Assembly: GCA_963848295.1 (NCBI GenBank)
Contig: CAWKDB010000011.1
Location: 512,001-576,000, forward strand
Source of the DNA: an uncultured delta proteobacterium
Lineage (GTDB): Bacteria > Myxococcota_A > Polyangia > Haliangiales > Haliangiaceae
Direction of reading: 5' to 3'
DNA: 64,000 nucleotides
The notes beneath the pieces are model-generated. The model was not told the origin of the DNA and searched no databases. It saw only the letters and a program-made list of their open reading frames with translations. A program made the position numbers and the translations under genes. Below are positions 33,032 to 51,927 of this stretch, piece after piece. The stretch's first letter is position 1. Every line of letters starts with the position of its first letter.

Positions 33032-34597
33032 TTAGTGATGGAACGGGTTCTCGATATCGTGGGAGTCGACACCGGTCGCGGGCTTGGGCGCGGTCGTCGC
33101 GGGCGCGAGCCTGCGGTGCAACGTCGCATCGAGCTTGTCGTCATGATCGGGCACGACGTGCCTCGTGATCGACACGTAGCCGGCGTGGCGAATGACGAGC
33201 GCGACCGCCGCAGTTCCGCGCTCGAGCGTGACCGAGCCCGGCGCCGAGCCGACCACGCGGTTGGCGAGCACGACTTCGCTGCCCGCCGGAGCGCCGGTGA
33301 TGTCGAGCGCGATCGTCGGCGATGCGGGCGGCGCGGGGACCGGGGGCGGCTGGACCGCGGGCGGCTGGACGGCGGGAGGTCGTGCGGTAGGCGGCGCGGT
33401 CACCGGCGGGGCCGGCGACAGTGCGCCGCTCGGTCCGGGCGTACCTGCTCTGTTGCCGCCGGCGGCGGAGACGACGATGAACATCGCGCCCGCGACCAGC
33501 GCTGCCGCGACCGCGACTCCGATCACGAGCGGGGCCTTCGACTTGCGTGGGGCGTCCTGCACGCTCGATACCGCGAGCGGCGCGGCCGGAGGCGAAGGCA
33601 TGACATCACTCGTGCGCTTCGGCGGCCACGGCGTGGCCCTGCCGCCGTCGCCGGTCGTGACGTCCCACGCGGCGCTCATCGGCCCGCGCACGACGATGCC
33701 GGATCCGTCGAACGCGGACTCGAGCGCGCGCACCGCGGTGATGAGATTTGGCGGGCGGTGCGACGGGTCTTTCTGCATCAACCACGCGACCGCGTCATCG
33801 ACGCCGGCCGGGAGCTCGGGCGCGTGCGACGACGGCGGTGGCGCCTCCTCGCTGATCTGCTTCATCAGGATCGTCATGTAGTCGTCGCCGTCGAACGGAA
33901 ACTCCCCGCACAACATCCGGTACGCGACGATGCCGAACGCGTAGTAGTCGGTGCGGTGGTCGACATCGCGGCCGCGGCACTGCTCGGGCGACATGTAGTA
34001 CGGCGTCCCGAGCGGCACCCCGGTGCCGGTCTTGTGCTTGAGGCCGTCCTCCGGTCCCATCAGCTTCGCGATCCCGAAATCGAGCAGCTTGGGAAACCAG
34101 CCGCCGTCGGGGTCGGTCGCGAGGAACACGTTCTCGGGCTTGAGGTCGCGATGCGCGATGCCCTTGCCGTGCGCCGCATCGAGAGCGCGCGCGATCGCGC
34201 GCAGGATCGGCAGCGCCTCCGCCGGTGCGATCCGGCCATCGCGCTCGATCAGCGCGTCGAGCGCCATCCCGTCGAGGTATTCCATCACGTAGTAGTGACG
34301 ACCGTCTTCGAGCTGGCCGAACGAGAAGATGTCGATGATGTTGTGGTGCCGGATCTGGTTGACCGCGCGCGCTTCGGCGACGAATCGCGAGAGCATGTCG
34401 GGATCGACGGAAAACCGGCGCGCGAGGACCTTGATCGCGACGACCTTGCCGATCAGCGGGTGGACCGCCTTGAACACCGCGCCGAACCCGCCCTGCCCGA
34501 CCTTGCTCTCGACTTCGTACTCGCCGACCGTCTGACCGGACACGAGGTCCGGATCGACGACCGCGGTCGCGGGCAGATCAGGCGTAGCTTCCGACAT
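33032..34597 (-). CDS. Membrane Ser/Thr protein kinase with Pro-rich linker and PEGA-like domain
   Basis: GQGGFGAV, VAIK, HRDLKPEN, DFG, GTPYYMSPE; TM; C-terminal PEGA-like segment; ends IENPFHH. Confidence 0.95.
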   Translation of the reverse strand: MSEATPDLPATAVVDPDLVSGQTVGEYEVESKVGQGGFGAVFKAVHPLIGKVVAIKVLARRFSVDPDMLSRFVAEARAVNQIRHHNIIDIFSFGQLEDGRHYYVMEYLDGMALDALIERDGRIAPAEALPILRAIARALDAAHGKGIAHRDLKPENVFLATDPDGGWFPKLLDFGIAKLMGPEDGLKHKTGTGVPLGTPYYMSPEQCRGRDVDHRTDYYAFGIVAYRMLCGEFPFDGDDYMTILMKQISEEAPPPSSHAPELPAGVDDAVAWLMQKDPSHRPPNLITAVRALESAFDGSGIVVRGPMSAAWDVTTGDGGRATPWPPKRTSDVMPSPPAAPLAVSSVQDAPRKSKAPLVIGVAVAAALVAGAMFIVVSAAGGNRAGTPGPSGALSPAPPVTAPPTARPPAVQPPAVQPPPVPAPPASPTIALDITGAPAGSEVVLANRVVGSAPGSVTLERGTAAVALVIRHAGYVSITRHVVPDHDDKLDATLHRRLAPATTAPKPATGVDSHDIENPFHH

Positions 34598-34688
34598 TCC
34601 CCAGACTCATTGTAGGCGCGGTCGATCAGTCCGGCAGCCGGACAAAGGTTAAAACCGCAGGCGCCGGATCACGGTTCAGCATCACGGT

Positions 34689-35912
34689 TCAGAACTGCCC
34701 CATCACGACAGCGCCGGCTCCGCTCTCCGACACCACCGGTGCGAGGCGTACACCGTCCGCCGATGGATGGTCGAAGAAATACAGCGATCCGGCGACCGCC
34801 GCGGCCGCCACGGCGGCGCCGCCGAGTGCCCAGGTCGCGGTCGCGAAGTGGTCGCGCGTGCTGACCTCGGAGGTGTAACGATCGCCATCGCTCGGCGGGC
34901 GATTGCCGCCCGCGATCTGCCCGCGCAGGTCCGACGCACGACCGTCGTAGACCAGCGCGACGATGCCGCTCGTGATCGTACCGGCGGCGAGCGCGCCGGC
35001 GGCACCTAGTAGATAGGGCACCGCGCGCCGTCGCCCGGTCTTGGCCAGCGGCGCGTCGATCGCGAGGCGTTCCCCGCGCTTGACGGTGACCTCGCGGCCG
35101 AATGGCTCGCGACCATCGCGCGTGACCGCGAGCAAGTGAGTGCCCGCCGCAACGTCGAACGGGAGCCACGCCGCGCCCGCCACGGCGCGACCGTCGATCG
35201 CGAGGTGCGCGTCGCTCTCGGTGCGGATGACGAGCGTACCCGGCATCGGCACGAGCTCGACCTCGACGAGCGACGCTTGGCCCTCGACCGCGAGCGCTTG
35301 CTTGTCGACCGGGAAGTAGCCGTCGGCGCGCACGGAGATCGTGTGCGGCTTCGCTTCGACATCGGCGAGCTCGAACGGCTCGATCGCCTTGCCGTCGATC
35401 ATCGCGACCAGGCCCTTGATCGTCTCGTGTGGAGCATCGCCGACTTCTTGCAATGCGCCCGCATCGCGATGATCGGCCGCTCGAGCGACGTTGACGCTGA
35501 TCCCGAGCTGGGTCTTGACCGGCTGCGCCGCCGCGACGACTTGCACCCCGCTCGCCTTGAGCCGATCGAGCTCGCGCTCCATCTCGCCGAGCCCGTCCGC
35601 GGCATCGCCGACTCGGCCGCCCGCTTTCACCTTGGTCAAGTAGATCTTGTAGAGCTCGACCGCACGACGCACGAACTGCGGCTTCTGCGCGACGCGATAC
35701 GCGCGGCGATACGCTTGCGCTGCCGAGAACGCGATCTCCGGCAACGGCAGGACGACGTACGCCTGCTCGAACTCGAGCGCGGCGGTCTCGAAGCTCTGCG
35801 CGCTGTACGCCTTCGCACCGGACCGAAAGAAGCCTTCCGCGACCGCGCGGTCATCGGCGCGCGCCGGGGCGGCGATCGCGACGAGCACTGCGACCACGAG
35901 CCAGTCCCTCAC
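34689..35912 (-). CDS. Secreted TPR + PEGA-domain protein (copy 1)
   Basis: GTG at 35912 overlaps the upstream stop; shares PEIAFSAAQAYRR, RAVELY, GGRVGDA.DGL.EM.RELDRL with 28996..30198; ends VMGQF. Confidence 0.85.
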   Translation of the reverse strand: MRDWLVVAVLVAIAAPARADDRAVAEGFFRSGAKAYSAQSFETAALEFEQAYVVLPLPEIAFSAAQAYRRAYRVAQKPQFVRRAVELYKIYLTKVKAGGRVGDAADGLGEMERELDRLKASGVQVVAAAQPVKTQLGISVNVARAADHRDAGALQEVGDAPHETIKGLVAMIDGKAIEPFELADVEAKPHTISVRADGYFPVDKQALAVEGQASLVEVELVPMPGTLVIRTESDAHLAIDGRAVAGAAWLPFDVAAGTHLLAVTRDGREPFGREVTVKRGERLAIDAPLAKTGRRRAVPYLLGAAGALAAGTITSGIVALVYDGRASDLRGQIAGGNRPPSDGDRYTSEVSTRDHFATATWALGGAAVAAAAVAGSLYFFDHPSADGVRLAPVVSESGAGAVVMGQF

Positions 35913-38512
35913 GGCTGCACCGCCGTCTGCTGGCACGCGAGGTCGCGCGAGCTGCATTGCGCCAGCACGGTGATCGAGCGCGAGCCCGCGTCGCCCTGCA
36001 GCGCGACGATATCGTCGACGCCGTCGCCCGTGACATCGCCGACCTCGACCGCGCGCAGCGAGCCGAGGCCCGAGGCGATCTCGGTGGCGCTGTAGCTGCC
36101 GGCGCTCGAGTCGATCCGGACGAGCGCGCCGTCGCCGGTGGCGTCGTGACACAACGCGATCAGCGACGTGCCGACCGACGCGGGGGTCGTCGGATCGCGA
36201 AACGCCACGGTCCCCGGCGCAGCATCGGAGCAGGTCGCTCCGGGCAAGACCCCGGCGACCACCGCGCCGAGGTCGCTGCACGTGCTCGGTACGCCGTTCG
36301 CCGCGACCGTACACGCGAGGACGAGTCCTGGGTCCGAAGCGGCCGCGTCGGCGGATGGCGAGAACGCGACGACGAGCTCGGGGGTACCATCGCCGTCGAG
36401 GTCGACGGCGCGCAGCGAGCGGATGTTCGCGCCGGCAGGAACGCCCGCGGTCACCGCGGGCGCCGCGGTCGCGCTCGGGGCCGTCGACCACGGATCGATG
36501 ACGAACGCGCGCGGCGGCGATTCGCGATCGACGCCGATCACGACGTCGTGGTTCGTCGCGGTCGGCCACGCGATCAGCACCGCATCGTCGAGACACGGCC
36601 CGCCGGCCGCCGGGTCGTTGCTACAGTACGTCACCCCGGCGATCGCGACGCCATCGTCGTGATCGAGCGGGTCGTTAGGGTCGAGCCCGGCCGCGGTGCC
36701 ATCGAGGCGGAACATCTTGATCGGCAAGTCGCCCGTCGCGGACGCGACCGGCGCGAACGCGAGCACGTCGGGGTATTGCGACGTGCCGGTCGACGCGACG
36801 AAGTCACCGGCGACGACGCCGCGATACGCATAGTGGGGCGGCGGATCGCCGCTCGGGCGCGGATCGAAGTACGCGAGCATCGTGCGGTCGGGGCTGCCCT
36901 CGACGATGCTCACCGCCTGCGGCGTCGACACGCCCTGCTGCTGGTCGAGCACGATCAGGTCACCGACGACACCGACCGGATCGGTCGAGTCCTGGAGCTG
37001 GAACGACACGAGCGAGACCGCGCGGTCGAGCGTGCCCTGCGCGATCGTGGTCTGGGTCCGGCCCGGCGTGTCGTACGCGACCGACAGCCGGTCGTGATCG
37101 AGCAAGTGCTCGGTGAACGCGACGTCGTTGACCCCGTTGCCGTCGAAGTCACCGATCGCCATCGCGGTGACGATGCCCGCGGTCTCGAGCCGCGCGACGA
37201 TGAACCCGGGCGTCCATCCGTCGACGACGCGATAGACCACGTCGAGACCGTCCTCACCCTCGGCGGACAGCACGGCGTCGACATTGCCGTCGTTGTCGAG
37301 GTCGCCGCTGACCACCCCGTCGAGCCGGCGCTCCGACGAGAACACCGGCGCGAGCGTCGGTGGCAGACCGGCGATGTAGAGATCGATGCCGGTCGACAGC
37401 ACGAGCGCATCGTTCCCGGCGAACGCGATGCCCGGTTGCAGCGGGATCCGACCGACCGCGACCGTGCTCGGATCGTCGTCACCGGTCGGCAGCGTCGTGG
37501 TCGTCGTGGCGAGCGTGCAGTGGCCGCCGGTCATCGACCCGTCCCACACCCGCAGCCCGGCACCGCCGGCGTCCGAGTCGATCAACGACGGACACGGATC
37601 GGTGTCGAAATCGAGGTCGGCGAACACGAGCTTGCGCTGCGGAGCCGCGCCGGTCGGCGTGATGTCGGTGAACGTCGCGGTCGTACCACTCGTGTGGATC
37701 GCGACGACGCACGCCACGCGCGTCGCGCCGCTGCCGGTCGGCACCGAAACCACGACGTCGGTCGCGCTCGCGTCGTAGACGTCGAGATCGGCGATCGAGA
37801 AGTCGGTCGCGTCGCGCGACGCGTCGCATAGCGTGGCGGCAGTCATCACGAGCCCGGACGGCGTGAAGTCGAGCACCGCGATCTCCATCGGGCCTTCGCC
37901 GTCGGACAGCAGCGCGCCGACCACGGTATCGTCGATCCGCCACATCGCCTCGGCCGAAAACGTGTTGCCCATCGGGTCGGCGAGCGGAATGCGCGAGATC
38001 TGCGGCGATGGCGTGCCATACGGCGACGCGAGCTCGACCAGGCCATCGGCCGCTGCGATCGCGACGTCGAGCCTGCCATCGCCGTCGAGATCGGCGATCG
38101 CGGGCGTCGCGGTCTGGTCCGGCGTCGCGATCGTGTACGAGCTCGTCAACGCGGCATGGGCATCGCCGAACCGGACGACCACCGAGGTATTCGACAGCGC
38201 CAACACGTCACCGATGCCGTCGCCGTCGATGTCCGAGATCCGGACGTCGGTAGCGAGCAACGGGCTCGCGGCGGTTGCCGGCGAGACGGCGCCGCTCGGC
38301 GCGTGACAGAACCCATCGACCCCGCAGGCGTACGCGGTCGTCGGACAATCGCTCGCGGCCCGGCACGCGACCTGGCAAGCGACACAGCTGGGGTCGTTCG
38401 AATCGCAGTCTTCGCCCGGCTCGAGCAACCCGTTGCCGCACACCCCGCGCTCGATCGGATCGAATGACGTGCAGCCTGCAAACACCACGATGGCGATCCC
38501 GGCGTAGTTCAT
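35909..38512 (-). CDS. FG-GAP/VCBS-repeat lipoprotein with myxobacterial Cys-rich N-terminus (copy 1)
   Basis: ATG at 38512; lipobox FAGC; CGNGLLEPGEDCD; CGVDGFCHAPSG (compare CGVDDVCHAPGG in copy 2); multiple DxDGDG repeats. Confidence 0.85.
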   Translation of the reverse strand: MNYAGIAIVVFAGCTSFDPIERGVCGNGLLEPGEDCDSNDPSCVACQVACRAASDCPTTAYACGVDGFCHAPSGAVSPATAASPLLATDVRISDIDGDGIGDVLALSNTSVVVRFGDAHAALTSSYTIATPDQTATPAIADLDGDGRLDVAIAAADGLVELASPYGTPSPQISRIPLADPMGNTFSAEAMWRIDDTVVGALLSDGEGPMEIAVLDFTPSGLVMTAATLCDASRDATDFSIADLDVYDASATDVVVSVPTGSGATRVACVVAIHTSGTTATFTDITPTGAAPQRKLVFADLDFDTDPCPSLIDSDAGGAGLRVWDGSMTGGHCTLATTTTTLPTGDDDPSTVAVGRIPLQPGIAFAGNDALVLSTGIDLYIAGLPPTLAPVFSSERRLDGVVSGDLDNDGNVDAVLSAEGEDGLDVVYRVVDGWTPGFIVARLETAGIVTAMAIGDFDGNGVNDVAFTEHLLDHDRLSVAYDTPGRTQTTIAQGTLDRAVSLVSFQLQDSTDPVGVVGDLIVLDQQQGVSTPQAVSIVEGSPDRTMLAYFDPRPSGDPPPHYAYRGVVAGDFVASTGTSQYPDVLAFAPVASATGDLPIKMFRLDGTAAGLDPNDPLDHDDGVAIAGVTYCSNDPAAGGPCLDDAVLIAWPTATNHDVVIGVDRESPPRAFVIDPWSTAPSATAAPAVTAGVPAGANIRSLRAVDLDGDGTPELVVAFSPSADAAASDPGLVLACTVAANGVPSTCSDLGAVVAGVLPGATCSDAAPGTVAFRDPTTPASVGTSLIALCHDATGDGALVRIDSSAGSYSATEIASGLGSLRAVEVGDVTGDGVDDIVALQGDAGSRSITVLAQCSSRDLACQQTAVQP

Positions 38513-38528
38513 GGTGACGACCGGTAGT

Positions 38529-38543
38529 GCAAATCGGCGGCCG
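38529..38543 (-). promoter_or_regulatory. Candidate sigma54 (-24/-12) promoter
   Basis: CGGCCGCCGATTTGC = GG-N10-GC with TTGC, 16 nt upstream of the ATG at 38512. Confidence 0.5.
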
Positions 38544-38673
38544 GGCCCGAGTGCCGGACAACCCGACGCCGAAACGACCGAAAACGAAAAGTCGCGCGAG
38601 GCCGAGCGGGATTTCTCGACGTCGCGCTGGCGCCACATAGCCGGTCGGCTACGCGGCGATGTAGGAGCCGGTA

Positions 38674-42906
<4,233 letters not shown>

Positions 42907-42934
42907 ATTGGTTCTCCTTTGATTCCTTCGCGAC

Positions 42935-47140
<4,206 letters not shown>

Positions 47141-47512
47141 GGTCTGAGGTGTCCCGTTCTGGCCTGCGACGAAGAGGCCGATATGTGGCGGCGAAGCGAG
47201 TGAGTGCCGAAATAAGATCGACGGCCGATCCACCAACCGCGTCCCCTGCTCGAGGGATCGTGGATGGTGTCAGCCGTTTCTAAATGATGTGTCCGACGAG
47301 TGCGCGCGGGCTCGTCGGATACTCGAAGGGATAACTACGCAAACCGGGGCTGCGTATAGCATGTCCCCGGAAAAGTGAACCGAAAAGTACGCTGCAAGTG
47401 ATCGTGCCAAAGCACTGGTGATCACCGAGGTAAACCGGGCTCAGCAAGAGGGCCGTTGTAGCGCTGGTCGGAGTGATCGCCAAGCTGGCAGATCGGGTGG
47501 GCGATCGGGGAA

Positions 47513-47606
47513 TTGATCAATTGATCAACAGGCGACAGGCAACAGGCAATGCCGGAGGACGTGCGAGTGCGAGCCCGAGCCCGAGTGCTAGCCCGAGACC
47601 GAGCCG
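47513..47606. repeat. Cluster of short tandem repeats in the rplL-rpoB spacer
   Basis: (TTGATCAA)x2 at 47513-47528, (CAGGCRA)x3 at 47529-47549, degenerate (CGAGYS)n hexamers at about 47563-47606. Confidence 0.7.
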
Positions 47607-47660
47607 AAAAAAAATGACGAGCGCTCACGCACGCCCGCGAGCCGGCGTCCATGAGCGCTG
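47607..47660 (-). terminator. Terminator/attenuator between rplL and rpoB
   Basis: Stem agcgctca/tgagcgct with inner acgcc/ggcgt pairing, followed by T8 on the minus strand. Confidence 0.7.
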
Positions 47661-47728
47661 CCCCTCCGGTCCCACGTGCCATGTGCACGTGCTCGTACAC
47701 GAACGACGCGGCCGTCAGGCCGCCACCC

Positions 47729-48112
<384 letters not shown>

Positions 48113-48174
48113 TTGATATATCCCTTGAAAGAAACCCGAAGGTTGAAAACTGGTTGGGGGTGAGAAGGAACCGG

Positions 48175-48702
48175 TTACGACTTGGCCTCGAGCTCGCGGC
48201 GGCGCGCGTCGAGCAAGTACGCGAAGTTCTGCGGGCCCGCGACGAGCTGAGCGACGAAGCCCTGCGGCGCCGCGAGGAACGTCATCAGCATAGAGGCGCG
48301 AATCTCGGGCTTGCCCGGCATCTTCGCGAGCATCTCGACGCCTTTGAGATCGAGGAGGGTGCCCTCGTAGAAGCCGCCGCGAATGATGAACTTGGGCTCG
48401 TCCTTGGCCCACTTGAGCGCGACCTGCGCCGGCGGCTGGGGAGCCTCGCCGGTGGTCCAGATGACGGCGGTCGTGCCGGTCATCAGCTGGGTGATCGGCT
48501 CCATCTTGCTGCCCTTGACCGCGATCTTGACCAACGAGTTCTTGATCACGCGGTAGTGGCAGCCGGCCTTGCGGAAGTCATCGCGCATCGTCGTCACCGT
48601 CGGGACGCGAACCCCGCGGTAATCCGCGATGATCACCGACGACACGTTCTTCCAGGCGTCTTTGATCTCGCCGAGGACTTGCTCTTTTGCTGCTTTTTCC
48701 AT
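48175..48702 (-). CDS. rplJ: 50S ribosomal protein uL10
   Basis: [24 protein letters not shown]; between rplA and rplL. Confidence 0.97.
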   Translation of the reverse strand: MEKAAKEQVLGEIKDAWKNVSSVIIADYRGVRVPTVTTMRDDFRKAGCHYRVIKNSLVKIAVKGSKMEPITQLMTGTTAVIWTTGEAPQPPAQVALKWAKDEPKFIIRGGFYEGTLLDLKGVEMLAKMPGKPEIRASMLMTFLAAPQGFVAQLVAGPQNFAYLLDARRRELEAKS

Positions 48703-48709
48703 GGTGTCT

Positions 48710-48830
48710 GTCTCCTGAAAACACGAACCCCTCGTTGTTCGAAACGAGGGGGTGCAGGCGAAACCGCCAGCTCCACTCGTCTCCGCAGGACTTAGGCCGT
48801 AAAGGCTGCCGACTTCTTCGACGGGGTCGA
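48710..48830 (-). ncRNA. L10 leader-like cis-regulatory RNA with attenuator hairpin
   Basis: 5'UTR of rplJ reads ccgtCGAAGA...TAAgtCCTGCGGAGACG (L10-leader-like), then hairpin acccctcgtt/aacgaggggt followed by a U-rich run. Confidence 0.6.
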
Positions 48831-48846
48831 TAGGTGATGAAGTGAT

Positions 48847-49554
<708 letters not shown>

Positions 49555-49568
49555 AACGTGACTCCTGC

Positions 49569-49601
49569 CTGGTCAAACGCTCGAGCGAGTCGAGCTCCCA
49601 G
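49569..49601 (-). promoter_or_regulatory. Putative uL1-binding autoregulatory RNA element
   Basis: CTGGGAG-ctcga(loop)tcgag-CGTTTGACCAG: GGGAG asymmetric loop capped by a hairpin, directly before the rplA SD. Confidence 0.6.
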
Positions 49602-49635
49602 CCAAAGGGATGTCGGATGTCTCTAGAGACGGTGA

Positions 49636-50058
49636 TTAATCGACGACCTCGAGGCCCATCGAACGAGCCGTGCCTGCGACCGAGCGCATCGCGGACTCGA
49701 GGCTCGTCGTGTTGAGATCCGGCAGCTTCTGCTCGGCGATCTCGCGAACCTGCTTCTTGGAGACCTTGCCGACCTTGTTCTTGTTCGGCTCGCCCGAGCC
49801 CTTGTCGATCTTCGCGGCTTTCTTCAGCAGGATCGACGCCGGCGGCGTCTTCGTGATGAACGTGAAGCTGCGGTCGGCGTACGCCGTGATGAGGCACGGG
49901 ATGATCAGGTCGCCCATCTGAGCCGTGCGCGCGTTGAACTCCTTGCAGAACTGCATGATGTTCAGACCGTGCTGACCGAGCGCCGGACCGACCGGCGGCG
50001 CCGGGTTGGCCTTACCGGCCGGGCATTGAAGCTTGATGATCGCGGTGACTTTTTTCAT
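49636..50058 (-). CDS. rplK: 50S ribosomal protein uL11
   Basis: [25 protein letters not shown]. Confidence 0.99.
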   Translation of the reverse strand: MKKVTAIIKLQCPAGKANPAPPVGPALGQHGLNIMQFCKEFNARTAQMGDLIIPCLITAYADRSFTFITKTPPASILLKKAAKIDKGSGEPNKNKVGKVSKKQVREIAEQKLPDLNTTSLESAMRSVAGTARSMGLEVVD

Positions 50059-50105
50059 GGCGGACTCGAATCAGCATCCGGCGGCCAGCGCCCGGAAGAT
50101 GCGCT

Positions 50106-50762
50106 TTATGCTTTCTCTACCTGGGCGAAGTCAAGCTCGACGGACGTCGCGCGACCGAACATCGACAGCGAGACCTTGACCTTCTGCTTGTCGGCCTTGA
50201 CCTCCTCGACCGTGGCCGAGAAGTTCGCGAACGGACCGTCGATCACCCGGACCGACTCGCCCGCCTCGAACACCACGCGGGTCTTCGGCTTGGACTTGCC
50301 TTCGGTGATGTTGGTCTGAACGCCGGTGATCTCGCGCTCGGGCACCGGCGTCGGCTTGGTGCCGCCGAGGAAGCCCGTGATTTTCGGGGTGTTCTTGACC
50401 AGGTGGAAGGTGCGATCGTCGAGCACCATCTGGACGAACATGTAGCCCGGAAAGAACTTGCGGGTCATCGTCCGGCGTTGACCCTTGACGTTCTCGGTGA
50501 CGCTCTCGGTCGGCACCAAGACGTCGCCGAAGAACGCGGTCAGGTTGTTGTTGCGGACGCGCTCGAGCAGCGTCAGCTTCGCCTTGTTCTCGTGGCCCGA
50601 GTAGGTGTGGACGATGTACCACTTCTTTTCGGCCGAGGGCCCGGGCTGCGGCCCCGGGGTGGCGTCGTTAGCATTGGCCGCGGAGCCCGTCGACGTCGCT
50701 TCGTGAGCGCCTTCGTCGTGCGAGTTCGTGTCGGTGGGGGTGCCGTTATCTTCATCCGCCAT
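50106..50762 (-). CDS. nusG: Transcription factor NusG with N-terminal extension
   Basis: [42 protein letters not shown]. Confidence 0.98.
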   Translation of the reverse strand: MADEDNGTPTDTNSHDEGAHEATSTGSAANANDATPGPQPGPSAEKKWYIVHTYSGHENKAKLTLLERVRNNNLTAFFGDVLVPTESVTENVKGQRRTMTRKFFPGYMFVQMVLDDRTFHLVKNTPKITGFLGGTKPTPVPEREITGVQTNITEGKSKPKTRVVFEAGESVRVIDGPFANFSATVEEVKADKQKVKVSLSMFGRATSVELDFAQVEKA

Positions 50763-51135
50763 AAATCTTATCCGTCAGGCCCGACCACACGACGTCGAAC
50801 AGGAACAGGACGACCGCGGAAATCAGCGCCATGACGATCACGACGATCGTTGCGGCGCGAACTTCTTTCGCGTTCGGCCAGGTGACCTTCTTGAGCTCGG
50901 AAGCCACCTCGTTGACGAGGTGGTAAAGGCGATCGTTCTTGTACGCGACCAGACCGGTGACAATCGCACCGCCGGCCGCGATCAGCGAAATCACAAAATC
51001 GCTAGGCGCGGTGGCGAAGTAGCCCCACAGCCAATCGATCGTCCACTGCAGTAAGTAGAAGACGACGACCGCGCCGCACAGGTAGATCAGGTGGACGGGC
51101 TTGTTCGGTGCGTTGTCGGTGGTGGTCTGGGCCAT
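50752..51135 (-). CDS. secE: Preprotein translocase SecE (3-TM type)
   Basis: [12 protein letters not shown] motif; upstream of nusG. Confidence 0.96.
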   Translation of the reverse strand: MAQTTTDNAPNKPVHLIYLCGAVVVFYLLQWTIDWLWGYFATAPSDFVISLIAAGGAIVTGLVAYKNDRLYHLVNEVASELKKVTWPNAKEVRAATIVVIVMALISAVVLFLFDVVWSGLTDKIYGG

Positions 51136-51157
51136 GGCTGCTTGGCTACTTCACTGA

Positions 51158-51233
<76 letters not shown>

Positions 51234-51298
51234 AAGGACTTCGACGACTTAGCTGCGGATTCGAGAAGATACTCCTGTGCTGTTCAGACGGAAGCGGA

Positions 51299-51327
51299 CG
51301 TTTATCCGATCCACTGCAAGGTAGCAA
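51299..51327 (-). promoter_or_regulatory. Candidate promoter for tRNA-Trp-secE-nusG
   Basis: TTGCTA-17 nt-TAAACG, just downstream of a terminator; -10 lacks the final T. Confidence 0.4.
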
Positions 51328-51337
51328 GAGCCTTCCG

Positions 51338-51382
51338 AAAAAAAAGCCCCGCCCGAGAGCCGTGCGGTTCCCGGTCAGGTTC
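51338..51382 (-). terminator. Terminator after the four-tRNA cluster
   Basis: Imperfect GC/GU hairpin followed by T8 on the minus strand. Confidence 0.55.
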
Positions 51383-51417
51383 GATCCTTTGTTTCGATCG
51401 GTTATGTGGGCTGCTCG

Positions 51418-51491
<74 letters not shown>

Positions 51492-51519
51492 GAATCGATC
51501 CGTTGCGTTGTTACGCGCG

Positions 51520-51591
51520 AGCCCTCTCCGAGAATTGAACTCGGGACCCCTTCCTTACCAAGGAAGTGCACTGCCACTGTGCTAAGAGGGC
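51520..51591 (-). tRNA. tRNA-Thr(GGT)
   Basis: GCCCTCTTAGCACAGTGGCAGTGC...CTTGGTAAG...GTTCAATT...AGAGGGCT; CCA not encoded. Confidence 0.94.
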
Positions 51592-51630
51592 GGGTTTCTG
51601 AGTCGTTCGGTGCTCCTGCCTGTCGTTTCG

Positions 51631-51714
51631 TGGAGGGAGGTGGATTCGAACCACCGAAGGCGTGAAGCCGGCAGATTTACAGTCTGCTCCCTTTGGCCGC
51701 TCGGGCATCCCTCC
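51631..51714 (-). tRNA. tRNA-Tyr(GTA)
   Basis: GGAGGGATGCCCGAGCGGCCAAAGGG..GACTGTAAATC, long variable arm, GGTTCGAATCC; CCA not encoded. Confidence 0.96.
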
Positions 51715-51742
51715 GAAACTCTGACGCTGTCTGTTTTCCTCG

Positions 51743-51815
51743 AGCTGGCGGTGGGACTCGAACCCGCGACCTCCTGATTACAAGTCAGGTGCTCTACCAG
51801 TTGAGCTACGCCAGC
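51743..51815 (-). tRNA. tRNA-Thr(TGT)
   Basis: GCTGGCGTAGCTCAACTGGTAGAGC..CTTGTAA..GGTTCGAGTCC..GCCAGCT; CCA not encoded. Confidence 0.96.
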
Positions 51816-51840
51816 AAACGCGGCGTCCGCGAGGCCCAGA

Positions 51841-51870
51841 CGTATAAACGCCCACCTCGATGCTCGTCAA
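51841..51870 (-). promoter_or_regulatory. Candidate promoter of the tRNA cluster
   Basis: TTGACG-18 nt-TATACG, then GC-rich sequence 25 nt before tRNA-Thr. Confidence 0.45.
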
Positions 51871-51927
51871 GCGGGACGCTGCGATCGCCTCATTATATAG
51901 CGCGTCCCGCGCGTCCGGACCGCGTGG

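Noticed and set aside
47280..47483. 67-aa ORF in the rplL-rpoB spacer
   Set aside because: No SD, atypical codon usage and no recognisable motif.
47513..47606. CRISPR array or mobile-element ends
   Set aside because: Units are 6-8 bp without spacers; no cas, transposase or integrase genes in the window.
51234..51417. Hidden rpmG (bL33) between tRNA-Gly and tRNA-Trp
   Set aside because: No L33-like reading frame found; the space holds a terminator and a candidate promoter.
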